This document shows positions 12,600 to 23,371 of a stretch of DNA of 64,000 bases, piece by piece. The DNA comes from Trichodelitschia bisporula (lineage: Eukaryota), in NCBI GenBank assembly GCA_010356995.1, contig ML996687.1, positions 1,613,803 through 1,677,802 of the forward strand. The letters run 5' to 3'. Position numbers and translations under genes: made by a program. The notes beneath the pieces were generated by a model. It did not search any database, was not told the origin of the DNA, and worked only from the letters and a program-made list of their open reading frames with translations. Numbering within the stretch: the stretch's first letter is position 1; each line of letters begins with the position of its first letter.

Positions 12600-13508
12600 C
12601 CTCCATGGTGGACTACTGAAGGCCAACAGCGCCGTAGCAACACAACTACGCACTGAATGCATTGGACTGCGAGACTTTCCTCTTCAGAGTAGGAGTCCCG
12701 ACATTTGACTCCCCCCGGTGCCCCTGCGGATTTGGGCGACAAACACCCAAGCATATGGTCATGAGCTGCACGCTCGGAGCGTTCCGCTCCGAGCTCTACG
12801 AGCTAGCAAGAACGATTGACTACAACAAAATGATCAACACTAGGAGAGGTCTAGAGGCAGTCACGAACTACATCATCAACAGAGGCTTCATCGGCCAATT
12901 CAGGCTAGCTAAAGAATTCCGCCAATCGGAACCCGAGATGTGAGAAAAAAGCAGCCCACACCCAACAAACTGTTCATAAATNNNNNNNNNNNNNNNNNNN
13001 NNNNNNNNNNNNNNNNNNNNNNNNNNNNNNNNNNNNNNNNNNNNNNNNNNNNNNNNNNNNNNNNNNNNNNNNNNNNNNNNNNNNNNNNNNNCCCCCTGGC
13101 GGCCTCCGGACAACACCTGGTATTCTTCAATTTCCTTCCTCTCCTTCTCTCTGTCGGTCACATGACCTAGAATTACGGGATCTGCGTTGCTGTAGGCGTT
13201 CGGCGTTTTTGGGGTTTAATTGGGATATGGAGTGTTTCTCAGTTTCTCGGCGTGCAGCCAAGTTCTCGCTTGGGACACACAAGAATGGTGCAAAGAAAAG
13301 ACGATGAACATATGTTAAGGCGTGGGGCTCACATGCCCCTCTCCAAAGGACGACTTCCAGGGCTTTTCCTCAACCCTTCCGGGGAGGGTTTTTGCCGTGT
13401 AGAACCAAAGAAATTGGTCAACCCCACTCCTAAAGTGGTGAAACCCGACCATACGGCTAGCTAAAACAAGCCTGGGCGTAATCAAGCTATTATTATTATT
13501 ATTATTAT
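12600..13508 (+). mobile_element. 5'-truncated Tad-like LINE copy 1 (ORF2 C-terminus, 3' UTR, (ATT)n tail)
   Basis: Zinc knuckle CPCGFGRQTPKHMVMSC; (ATT)n tail about 13489-13508; perfect 15-bp TSD TATGGGTGGGTAAGT at 12585-12599 and 13509-13523. Confidence 0.9.
12982..13091. other. Assembly gap (110 N)
   Basis: Run of N inside LINE copy 1. Confidence 1.
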
Positions 13509-13621
13509 TATGGGTGGGTAAGTAGATCCGTTAGGTTGCTATAAAAGGCGGTAATTGTTTCAGAAGCAACCCGAAAATCTAGAATTCCTAACTGCCATGC
13601 ACCCTTCCAGTAGTCAAGTTA

Positions 13622-13817
13622 TCCCTTGTACGGCCCAGGTTTTGGCCCAGGTACATGCCCAGGTACTCGTCGCCCACTTTTCCGCTCTCATGGCCAGTAA
13701 AAGAGCTAGGACTTGTTACAAAAACACATAAATCTTTACGGAACTCAATTCTAGCTCTTTTTTTGGTCCACAATAGCGGAAGGATGGGCGAAGAGTACAT
13801 GGGCATGTACCTAGGCC
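13622..13817. mobile_element. Fold-back MITE, right end truncated
   Basis: Starts TTA|TCCCTTGTACGGCCCAGGTTTTGGCCCAGGTACATGCCCAGGTACTCGTC, nearly identical to the 17573 TIR; right arm ends at GTACCTAGGCC. Confidence 0.8.
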
Positions 13818-14283
13818 TGTCCAAGCAACTAAATCTATTGTAGTTTCGCCTATGTATTATTCGTGCATCGCAACTGGATCCTCAAATTTAAAATTTGAGG
13901 CAGAAACCAAGCAATGCTCCTCCCCACACCCTCCCCCTACTAGCAAGCAGAAAAAGCTTATGGGATCTATTTTAGCTTCCTACATCTCCTATTATTCGTC
14001 GAAAGTCTGAGACCCAAAAGCTGGAAATTAAGTATTTTAAAGGCGATTCGCCAAGGTCATGTCTATCGAGTGAGCTGGTAGACTTATTTTCGGTATTAAT
14101 AGCTCCTTCCCATGCCTATTTTGCCTCGTCCCTCCAGCATAGCCTTATAGATCCTTTTAGTATATGTACTTAATACGAAAACGCTCACGATTGAGTACTC
14201 TCTTCCGCCGGTAGATTAAGATCTTATCTAAGCATAGATGGATACCGCGTACAGAGATAATTTAGGCTAAACGAGTACTTAAG

Positions 14284-14486
14284 TGTCATGGTCTCAGCAC
14301 GCCAGGCCATGTCAGGGCGTTGCTGAACCATACCACGTAATCCAGTTGCTCGGTGCCAAGCCCAGGGTCCACTGCCACCCCACACCTGCATTTCAGTTCT
14401 AGACCTTTCACGTTTCCTCTTCATAGCAATATTTTCAGTCATACACGCATTCAGTGCATTCGATGCCCCAGACGTTGCCCGTGACA
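14284..14486. mobile_element. Solo LTR family A, copy 1 (203 bp)
   Basis: TGTCA...TGACA termini, TSD TTAAG on both sides; reverse-complement homologue at 16900-17102. Confidence 0.88.
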
Positions 14487-14666
14487 TTAAGACTACGTCG
14501 TCAAGTTTATTAGAGGTCCGGTAATGTAGTAGAGCGTTAAGTAGCAAACTATTACTAAGTCGACAACCAAAGGGAAACTCTTAAGCCCATTATATGGGAC
14601 GGGAGAAGTCTACACTTTCTTACGGTTCCTTAGTTAGGTTAACGTTTAAGCTAGAAAGCGCGTTCC

Positions 14667-14873
14667 TGTCACGGTATGACACCCAGTTCTGCAGCTCCAT
14701 GGGCTCGCACCATCCTCGGGTTTATGTGGGACTTGGCGCTGTGTCAAGCCGCCACCCTCACACTCACGCACCAGGCCTACTTACCCGCAGTCCCTGACAT
14801 CTTTGCTCCGTAGCTTTACAATCTCCGTCTTACCCACATCTTGACCGTGCATGCGTAATTGTTGACGGTGACG
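14667..14873. mobile_element. Solo LTR (207 bp), third family
   Basis: TGTCAC...GTGACG (last base differs from canonical CA); TSD GTTCC at 14662-14666 and 14874-14878. Confidence 0.68.
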
Positions 14874-14909
14874 GTTCCGGTTTCTACAATAATAAGTAGA
14901 TCGTAGATA

Positions 14910-16395
14910 TAATAATAATAGCTTGATTACGCCCAGGCTTGTTTTAGCTAGCCGTATGGTCGGGTCTCACCACTTTAGGAGTGGGTTTGACCAATTTATT
15001 TGGTTCTACACGGCAAAAACCCTCCCCGGAAGGGTTGAGGAAAAGCCATGGAAGTCGTCCTTTGGAGAGGAGCATGTGAGCCCCACGCCTTTTACATGTG
15101 TTTATCGTCTTTTCTTTGCACCATTCTTGTGTGTCCAAAGCGAGAACTTGGTTGCACGCCGAGAAACTGAGAAACACTCCATGTCCCAATTAAACCCCAA
15201 AAACGCCGAACGCCTACAGCAACGCAGATCCCGTGATTCTAGGCCATGTGATCGAAAGAGAGAAGGAGAGGAAGGAAATTGAGGAATGCCAGGTGGTGTC
15301 CGGAGGCCGCCAGTGGGGGGGGTCCTCTTTGGGGGAGATCCGGTTCCTGGTAGCAGGGGTGGTGTTGAATCCGCTCTTCTTCACGTGTGGGTAGACTGGT
15401 GTTGTTGCTAGTCCTAGTATGTTGTCCCAGTATGTTGTGTTTGTGGTTGAGGAGAGGGCACCTCGGGGGGTTTGTTGCTGGGTTGGGGGACGGTGTTGAC
15501 CCTGAGGACGGGGATTGGGTTCGGGCTCCGTGGTGTCGTGTGGTGAGGTCTGTGGCCTCCTTGGTATTGAGCTTTTCCGGCTCTCTTGGGGTTCCTGGCC
15601 GGTTCCGGTTGCGGGCCGTCAGCTTTGTGGTGGCTCGCTTTCATCCGGTTCCCTTCCAGTCTCGCTAGGAGATTGTGGATTTATGAACAGTTCGTGGGGT
15701 GTGGGCGGCTTTTTTCCCACGTCTCGGGTTCCGATTGGCGGAATTCTTTAGCTAGCTTGAATTGACCGATGAAGCCTCTGTTGATGATATAGTTTGTGAC
15801 TGCCTCTAGACCTCTCCTAGTGTTGATCATTTTGTTGTAGTCAATCGTTCTTGCTTGCTCGTAGAGCTCAGAGCGTCCCGCTCCGAGCGTGCAGCTCATG
15901 ATCATATGCTTGGGTATTTGTCGCCCAAATCCGCAGGGGCACCGGGGGGAGTCAAATGTCGGGACTCCTACTCTGAAGAGAAAGTCTCGCAGTCCAATGC
16001 ATTCAGTGCGTAGTTGTGTTGCTACGGCGCTGTTGGTCTTCAGTAGTCCACTATGGAGGTTGGGGACGTATTCCTTCCAGGGGGTGTGCCAGGCTGGCGC
16101 CTGTTTGTATCCGTTGATTCTCCACAGGGCTTCCCATTCTTGGTTCTCCCAGTCGCCGAAGATTGTTCTTGCCGCCTGGGAGGGGTCTGCCGCTGCGACG
16201 ATCGCCTTCGCTTCCATAAGTATTTTGTCTTCAGGGTATGTGGGTTCTGAGGGCCTCCGGCCTCTTCGCGGGGTAGTTCCGGCCCAGTAGGCCCGTGTGC
16301 GTTTCCTGATGAATTTTTCCACGTCCTCGTCGTGGTGTTCGATTGATTGCCAGTGGGCTATCTTTCTTAGGTACAGGCCTAATGGGGGAATACCG
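14910..16395 (-). mobile_element. 5'-truncated Tad-like LINE copy 2
   Basis: Open frame GIPPLGLYL..WEALWR..ATQLRTECIGLRDFLFRVGVPTFDSPRCPCGFGRQIPKHMIMSC (stop 15681), about 770-nt 3' UTR, (ATT)n tail at about 14910-14920. Highly similar to copy 1. Confidence 0.9.
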
Positions 16396-16899
16396 TGCGA
16401 ACATACTGCTTCACACTATGGACATTTCCGCACCCCTTACTGATCTCGAACCCCCATAGAAGAAATGATGGGTGCAACCTAAAGCTATTGACCCGTCATT
16501 ACTGATCTCTATTTATTCCTCATCATAGCCAAAGAGGTAGCGGATGAAAAATTCCAGCAGGCGGCTACAAATTTCTCAAATGCTCCTTCCTAACCAAATC
16601 CAAGATCCAGTTCAGTCTTTCGGTAAAGAAAAATGATTAAACTCCCGGTCACGATGCGTTTGTGCTACTTAAAAAATATTGAGATAGCTCTGCCATAGCG
16701 GCACAGTTTAGCATTTTATTCAAGTCAATCTACCCGTGGAAAACGATGTCATCTCCGTGCAAAGTCGTAATGCTTTTATAAATGTTAAATATAGGTCTGA
16801 ACAAGCTACTCTAAGTAAAATAACCGCAGTTGTAATTTTAGGAATCAAATTGCCCATCATAGTGTGCCACACGCTCCTTTTAGGCTTGGACGCCTTTAG

Positions 16900-17102
16900 T
16901 GTCACGGGCAACGTCTGGGACATCAAATGTACTGAGTGCGTGTATGACTGAAAATACTGCTATGAAGAGGAAACATGAAAAGTCTAGAACTGGAATGCAG
17001 GTGCGGGGTGGCAGTGGACCCTGGGCTTGGCACCGAGCGGCTGCATCACGTGGTATGGTTCAGCAACGCACTGGCAGGGCCTGACGTGCTGAGACCATGA
17101 CA
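16900..17102. mobile_element. Solo LTR family A, copy 2 (203 bp, opposite orientation)
   Basis: TGTCA...TGACA termini, TSD TTTAG on both sides. Confidence 0.88.
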
Positions 17103-17319
17103 TTTAGCGGTCGAAAGGCAAGTCCAGCTGATTTCGGGTTAAGCTTGACGCATTTTTTGCGAGCTATGATTTGGGACCCAGTCTAACGCCCATTAGTCAT
17201 TCGGCTGATATCCTAAAATAGTACCGAGCCAATCAAATCATCTTATATACTATCCTACTCATATAACGTCTGCCGTACAACAACAAATGTTCCTCAAGGA
17301 ATCCTAAGCCAAACAAAAC

Positions 17320-17822
17320 GTGAAACTACTCGCCACACTGAGGCAAGTTGAATGAGCTATATATTATCTTAATTAGACGACGTCTCATGAGTGCATCGCA
17401 ATTTGAAGTCCAGGTTAAAAGATTTAATATAGTCTTAGTGCCTATAATCCTTACTACAGCTAGCTCCCCCTTAATACCCTATCACTGCTAAGACCCCATC
17501 GACTTTTTGGTATCAACTTCAAATCGCAATACACTCATGAGACGTAGGTTAATTAAGATAATATATAGCTTATCCCTTGTATGGCCCAGGTTCTGGCCCA
17601 GGTACACGCCCAGGTACTCGTCACCTGCCTTCCGCTATCATAGACCAATCAAAGAGCTAGAATTTAGTTCTGTAAAGATTTCTCATTTCTGTAACGAATC
17701 CTAGCTCTCTGACTAGTCCATGATAGCGGAAAAGTGGGGGACGAGTACCTGGGCGTGTACCTGGGCCAGAACCTGGGCCGTATAAGGGATTATATTTGCC
17801 TTAGTCAGATGACTAGTTTGAC
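17320..17822. mobile_element. Older fold-back element hosting the MITE insertion
   Basis: AGCTATATATTATCTTAATTAGACGACGTCTCATGAGTGCATCGCAATTTGAAGT (about 17355-17409) is the inverted match of about 17516-17570. Weaker pairing continues beyond 17792. Confidence 0.65.
17573..17789. mobile_element. Complete fold-back MITE (217 bp), TTA TSD (Tourist/PIF-Harbinger-like)
   Basis: Long TIRs TCCCTTGTATGGCCCAGG.../...CCTGGGCCGTATAAGGGA; TTA at 17570-17572 and 17790-17792. Confidence 0.85.
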
Positions 17823-18956
17823 GGTTTATATGACTGAATTTACTTGCATAAAAACTGTTATTCTAATGGGGAGTTAACATAGATAGAGCTGCAATCATCT
17901 AATTAGCTGAATCTTAACTTAGGTAACTCACGTCCGGATAAGTGTAGTATCCTCGCTTTTTTGCTTAATTGGGTTTAGCGGCGGCGTCCAAAACAGTTAT
18001 ACGCAAAAGAAACGTCAAGCTCAACCTGAAACCAGCTGTATTCCTGCCGATGCATTCGCCTTAATGAAGTCTTACAGCCACTCGCCTCTTCAAGACAATT
18101 CAGATGATCCAGAGTTGAGCATGATGATGATTCATTCATAGGGATGATCCATAGTTCATCTAGCAATCTCTGGGTTAATGAGCTGTTGTGACTGTAGCAA
18201 ATAGAGGTTAAAACCTTCCGGTTTACCTCTACCCTTTTCCTCGTCAGCACCAGACGCCGTTGAATTTCACTTTCATGGTGACACGGGCAATCGGACTGCT
18301 GCATCACAATTACTTTAGAGCATGCCTGGTCTCTCAAATCACTGCGATAATGCATGTATGTCATTTGATGCTTTATTCAGACCGATGCACTTACATGAAA
18401 AATTGATATTGCACGGCGATGTTGTACGTTTTAGAACTAATCAGTGTTAATTTGCCAGCGCGTAGCGCATAGTCAGAAGGGATTAAGATGCTGTCGGTAT
18501 TGTCTGCTGGCCCATCAGACATTGGGCAGGAAACAGGGCCTTGAAGCTGCTTACATGTGCTAAACGCTTTCAAGCCTCTCCATCAACCAAATATCGCGCA
18601 GGATTCGATGCTTATTCAACCCTGCTTAGCCATCTACTCGAAATATTGAGCGCATATTATGCTGGCGGTGGTGGCGGGATAGCCATTATTAGCACTACGA
18701 CCAACGTGAGGGCAGGAGCCCATTCAGCGTGTTTGATTGGTGTGCGAGTTGGGCGTATGCGCTCCATGATTCGTGGTGTGCATCTGACTCTCTAGAAGTA
18801 TTGGCCATCTAGCTCTCAAGAGTAGGATTACAAGGCGCCCCTTCTCGATTCATTCGGAATCTTGATTAGAATGCAAGACAACAACGTTCACTGAAGAACT
18901 GCGCCTTCAAATTGCTTTATAGAGCGACCATTTACCTGATATTTATTCTATCTGCA

Positions 18957-20651
18957 TTATATATGCTCAGCCTCAGTCTTAAAGTCTGACTTGATCCCCG
19001 TATGTATCTCAGCCTTCTCTTCCTCTGTCGCGTTGGTAAGATGCACCACCACCTTGTCACCAAACAGCTCGGCCAGCTCTTCAAGTGAGCGGCCATTTGT
19101 TTCCGGATAGAAGAAGTACACGACGATGATGGTGACGACCGTCAGGCAGGCAAATACGACGAAGTACTTCCATCCTATGGTTGCAATGGCCGTCGCTCCC
19201 GGTGTAACAAACGTCTACGAAAGTCAGGAATGCCAAGCTGTTGTGGAACGCACTCACAATGCAGGCAACAAAATACGTGCAAGTGGCAAGCGCCACGCCG
19301 CGGGCGCGTATTTGTGTCGGGTAGATCTCGCTGCTGTAGATAAAAGAAGCAGCATCAAGGAAGAGGCCGTAAAAGAAAACGAAACTTCATGGTCAGCATT
19401 GTGCTAACACATCCCGTGTGGGCGTGACTCACAAGAAGATAGCGAAAATGGCAACCTTTTGGCCCGCCGGCGAGGGTTCAGGCACTTGTACGAACTTGGC
19501 TATCATGGCGGTCTCAATTATCAGGGCGACGAGACACCCGATGAAGCCGGTGAGGAGCGCCTGATTGGTCAGCAGATGTTCGTTCCGAACGGAGACACAT
19601 ACGAAGCGGCGACCAGTTTTATCGATGGTCAGCATGGAGAATAGGTTGCCCAATGCTCCCACCAATGTGTACAGCGCGTACATAAGCAGCGGCTTGTACC
19701 CCTCTAGACCGAGATTGGTGTAAATGATGATACTGTAGTAGTTGATCACCAGGCCGCCCGTGGCGTTTGCGCCGTACTGGATGAAGCAAGCGAGGAAGGC
19801 GCGTCTTCGGTATGCCGGGCTTGTGAGAATGGCCCAGTAGCCATTGGGGTTGCTCGACTCAAACTCAATCTGCTTGCGCATCTGGTAGAACTCCTCGCGC
19901 GCGGACGTGTTGTCGGGATCGTTCGGGTCCTGGTGGAGTCGGCTGATGTTTTTCCACGCCTCGTCGACACGTCCCTTCATGAGCAGCCAGCGCGGTGATT
20001 CTGGGATCCAGAGGCATCCGAGAGCTAGCAGCAGCGGTGGAATGCAGGTGAAGGCAATCGGGGCGCGCCACTGGAACGCGGGATTCTTCGCAAAGTAGCA
20101 GCCGAGCCCGACCCAGGCCGATATATTGTAGCCGCTGACAAGGAAGAAGCCGTGCAGGCCGGTGAGCAGACCGCGCTTCTCCGGGGTCGAAGCTTCGGCT
20201 AGGAATATGGGCACGAGAGTTGCCAGCATACCGAGCCCTGAGCCCTGCAGAATGCGGACGACGATGAGCATAGCGACATGCACACTGCCAGCTGCCAGTG
20301 CGCCGCCGACGATGCTGACAAGGGCGGCGCCGAACAGGGCATGTTTGCGGCCGATACGATCGGCGAGAGGACCACCGACAAGCGCACCAATACAGGCACC
20401 GAAGAAGAAGAGTGCATTGACGGCACCCAAAATGCCGTTCGAGTACGCGGCGCGGGGTCCCGTCAGAGCGAGATCGAAGTATTCATAGAAGCCAGGCTGT
20501 CCGATGGAGGTTGCAAAGGCGGCAAATCCTGTTGGGTGAGCATGATTATTGCTGCTACGAGTCTGCCGCGGGACGTACCAAAGCCATAGGTGAAGCTCCC
20601 CAGCGCAACCACGAGGCCCACGCCAAAATTGTAAAGCGTAGTTTTGGCCAT
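18957..20651 (-). CDS. MFS sugar porter family transporter, 5 exons
   Basis: MAKTTLYNFGVGLVVALGSFTYGF, ADRIGRK, RILQGSGLG, PESPRWL, IDKTGRR, PETNGRSLEEL; TAA at 18957-18959. Confidence 0.92.
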
Positions 20652-22617
20652 TGGCACGATCTGAGCAACAGAACTTCCATTGACGGCCCAGGCAGCCAGA
20701 TATATAGCTTGCGAACAAGCTCGCTAGCGATCGTTAGCTAATCGTTAGCCGTGCTTCGCGGCGCACTGCCCCGTGGGGAAGTGGCGCCGTCTAAACTCAA
20801 TAATTGGAGCTGGAATGGCACTTGGAATCTCAGGTGCAGCGGTGCGACGCGAAGCTTACGGTCTTTCGGGAGAGTCACATTCTGCAAGGGCGGGGTTTTT
20901 GCCATGTGTCGAACGCTACAGGAAAGCGTTCTCCAGCTCGGTTATCCTCACCCGAGAAATGAGCACGACCATCGCTCTCCGCCGTCACTTTGCTGCCATG
21001 CAAGTCATCCAATCCTCACAAATGTGTCATCCTCGGCGATGCGTCCGATGATATTTTGACTGGCTGAGACTAGAAAACACTCGCTGAACGCTGGATTGCA
21101 TGCCGCTAGGCCTGGCCAGACGGGTCCATGGTCTCGCAAGACTACCGGATTGGTTTCCAGTAACCATCACGCGGGGATGTACGGTAGTGTCAAGTCCATT
21201 GGTATGCTGTCGGGTGATGACAGCGTTTGTGGATTAGTTGGTAAAGATGGTAGCTGGCCAGATACGGGCTCGCCGTCGTGCTTGCCATGAGGCTATTGGG
21301 CATGAGATGGATCACTAAGGCCGGAGTCAGGATGAATCCATCGAAAGAAAGACGTACGAGGTGAGTACAGCACCACTATGGTGATGGAGATAGAGACATG
21401 ATTTTATGGCGTTTGAGGTGTGTTGACGTCGAAATTCACGATAGCCAAGCTCAACGTGGTTGTGGCCTATGAAGGTGGGGAAGTGGTGAGCGGTGAGCAC
21501 GGGCCTAGACCCAGGCTCCCAGGCCCCTTCTCCAACCACATGGCCTAGCCTTGTTCACTGCTGGGAGATACCAAGCCGCTGGAATCGAGACTCCAGCTTC
21601 AAAGAACCAGTGAGCCTCCATTGGTTCCTCTCCAGAAAATAGAAGGGCTCGGCGCATGAGGCATCTAAAAGCCTAAAAGAAGCGTGTACTGGTCATGGAG
21701 TCATGTGACTGATAACAGTAGTGATCTGCTCGCCTTGCATCAAAAGCTCGGAGAAAGTTTATCCGCTGAATCGAGCTTCAGGAAAATTATCCAGTATTTG
21801 TCAGACGGCTTATGCATTTGTAGTTGGCCGGTTGTCATTCTCGGTCGATCACTTCAGCCTTGCCTGGTGGCGAGCAAGCACCCTTCTCGTCGACGTTCAT
21901 CTGCAGGGCTGGCGGCATTTTGCATCAAATGCATCCAAGTCGCTCGATAATTTGATCTGATCACTTTGAAACATATTCCGAGAAAATCTCGTGAAAAGCC
22001 GATACGTGCATCCTACTTGACCAGGCCGTACCACGGCTAGCCCACATGTTCCGCGGAATCTGGCTTGCCCGTGCCAAATCAGATCCGGGGGATCAGATCT
22101 ACTACGGGACGATCTGGCAGCTCCAGTAACTGCATGTAGCGTAGACTTGACGTCCAGATACCATATTTTTGGGGCTCACCGTGTTGAGCGCGCAAACGCA
22201 ACGTGCGGCGATCTTGCTCCCACACTCGTCCCCTTCGCTAGCTGAGCAATTCCCGGGGTAAATCCCGGCTAGAATCGTCCTTGTAGCGGACTTCAACTCC
22301 ATGCCGCATCTAATAACGCTCGGCGCCCCGAGTCGTCAGGCTAGAGGTCTATCGAGACTGCTGTGAGTCGCATAATGTCACTATCGCTCCGTGGAAGGGC
22401 ATGAGATCTGTTAGGCTTCTCAGGTAGCCTCTGTTACAAGCGAGATAGTGCGGGGTAACTTCATCACATCACCTTGATCAATGCAAGCTGCGAGAAACCG
22501 CAGATGTCAGCCTCTATATAAGATCTCTCAGATGGCGACATTAACAGTCTCCAGCACACCATTCCACTCCTTTGCCTCCGCTTTCCAATCAACCAAGCAC
22601 CCACACTCCTTTCCACA

Positions 22618-23151
22618 ATGAAGTTTCTCGTCATCCTGGCTACCACCCTAGGCCTTGCCGCCGCTCAGCTGCCCAAAGGTACCGCCGGGGCTAAAGGAGG
22701 TGCCATGCCGAAAGCCACTGCCCCGAAGGGCAAGGGCACCGGCACCAGTGGCTTCGGAGGTCTCGGGTCCTTTGGGGGTCTTGGGGGCCTAGGTGGCGCC
22801 GGCGGCAGCATGCCGGCAATGCCCAACATCCCAAGCTGGTATGGCTTTACTGCTGGCTAGAGGCTGAACTGACGTTGGCAACAGTGGGATGTCCTGCATG
22901 ATGACCATGGTCATGAGCGGTGGTGGTGGGTGCGGTCTCACTGGTAAGTATCGTACATAGCCCCAGAGATGCGCTGTCTAACATCTTCAGACCAAAAGTG
23001 CTACTGCGGCCTTCCTGCCCTTAAGGCGGCGATGACGGATTGCGTCCCGAAGGGCTGTACAGCGAAAACGGACGTTACCGCCATGTACGAGATGACGAAC
23101 AAGATGTGTTCGGGCGTGACCGGTTTCACACCACTCACTGCCCCTGCGTGA
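22618..23151 (+). CDS. Small secreted CFEM-domain protein, 3 exons
   Basis: Signal peptide MKFLVILATTLGLAAA; introns 22839-22884 and 22944-22990. Spliced IPSCGMSCM..GCGLTDQKCYC..DCVPKGC..MC gives eight Cys in CFEM spacing. Confidence 0.88.
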
Positions 23152-23371
23152 TTGCTTTGCACAGTGTTTGGGGCGGAGAGTCTGGGAACTCAACAACGTT
23201 AGCAACCCGTTGCGGTTTGTACATAGTCAATACAAAGAGTCGGACATGTTTACGATGTCTGGAGAATATGCCAGCGCTTGGCAATCCCCGGTACCTCATC
23301 ATAGGAAACCTTTGACATGTCGGGCGGCTATGTGCTCCCGATCGATTATTCTAATGCTTCGGCTCCCCCAT

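Noticed and set aside
13630..13670. Short tandem GCCCAGGT repeats as a CRISPR-like array
   Set aside because: Eukaryotic context, 12-nt period, no spacers; part of the MITE arms.
15414..15644. 76-aa Pro-rich ORF in the LINE 3' UTR as a possible ORF3
   Set aside because: Low complexity; the matching part of copy 1 is in the gap, so conservation cannot be tested.
14284..17102. 2.8-kb DNA transposon bounded by 203-bp TIRs
   Set aside because: Each repeat has its own TG..CA ends and 5-bp TSD, so they are solo LTRs.
17975..18795. 129-aa and 84-aa ORFs at the right edge of the island
   Set aside because: No domain resemblance or coding-like composition.
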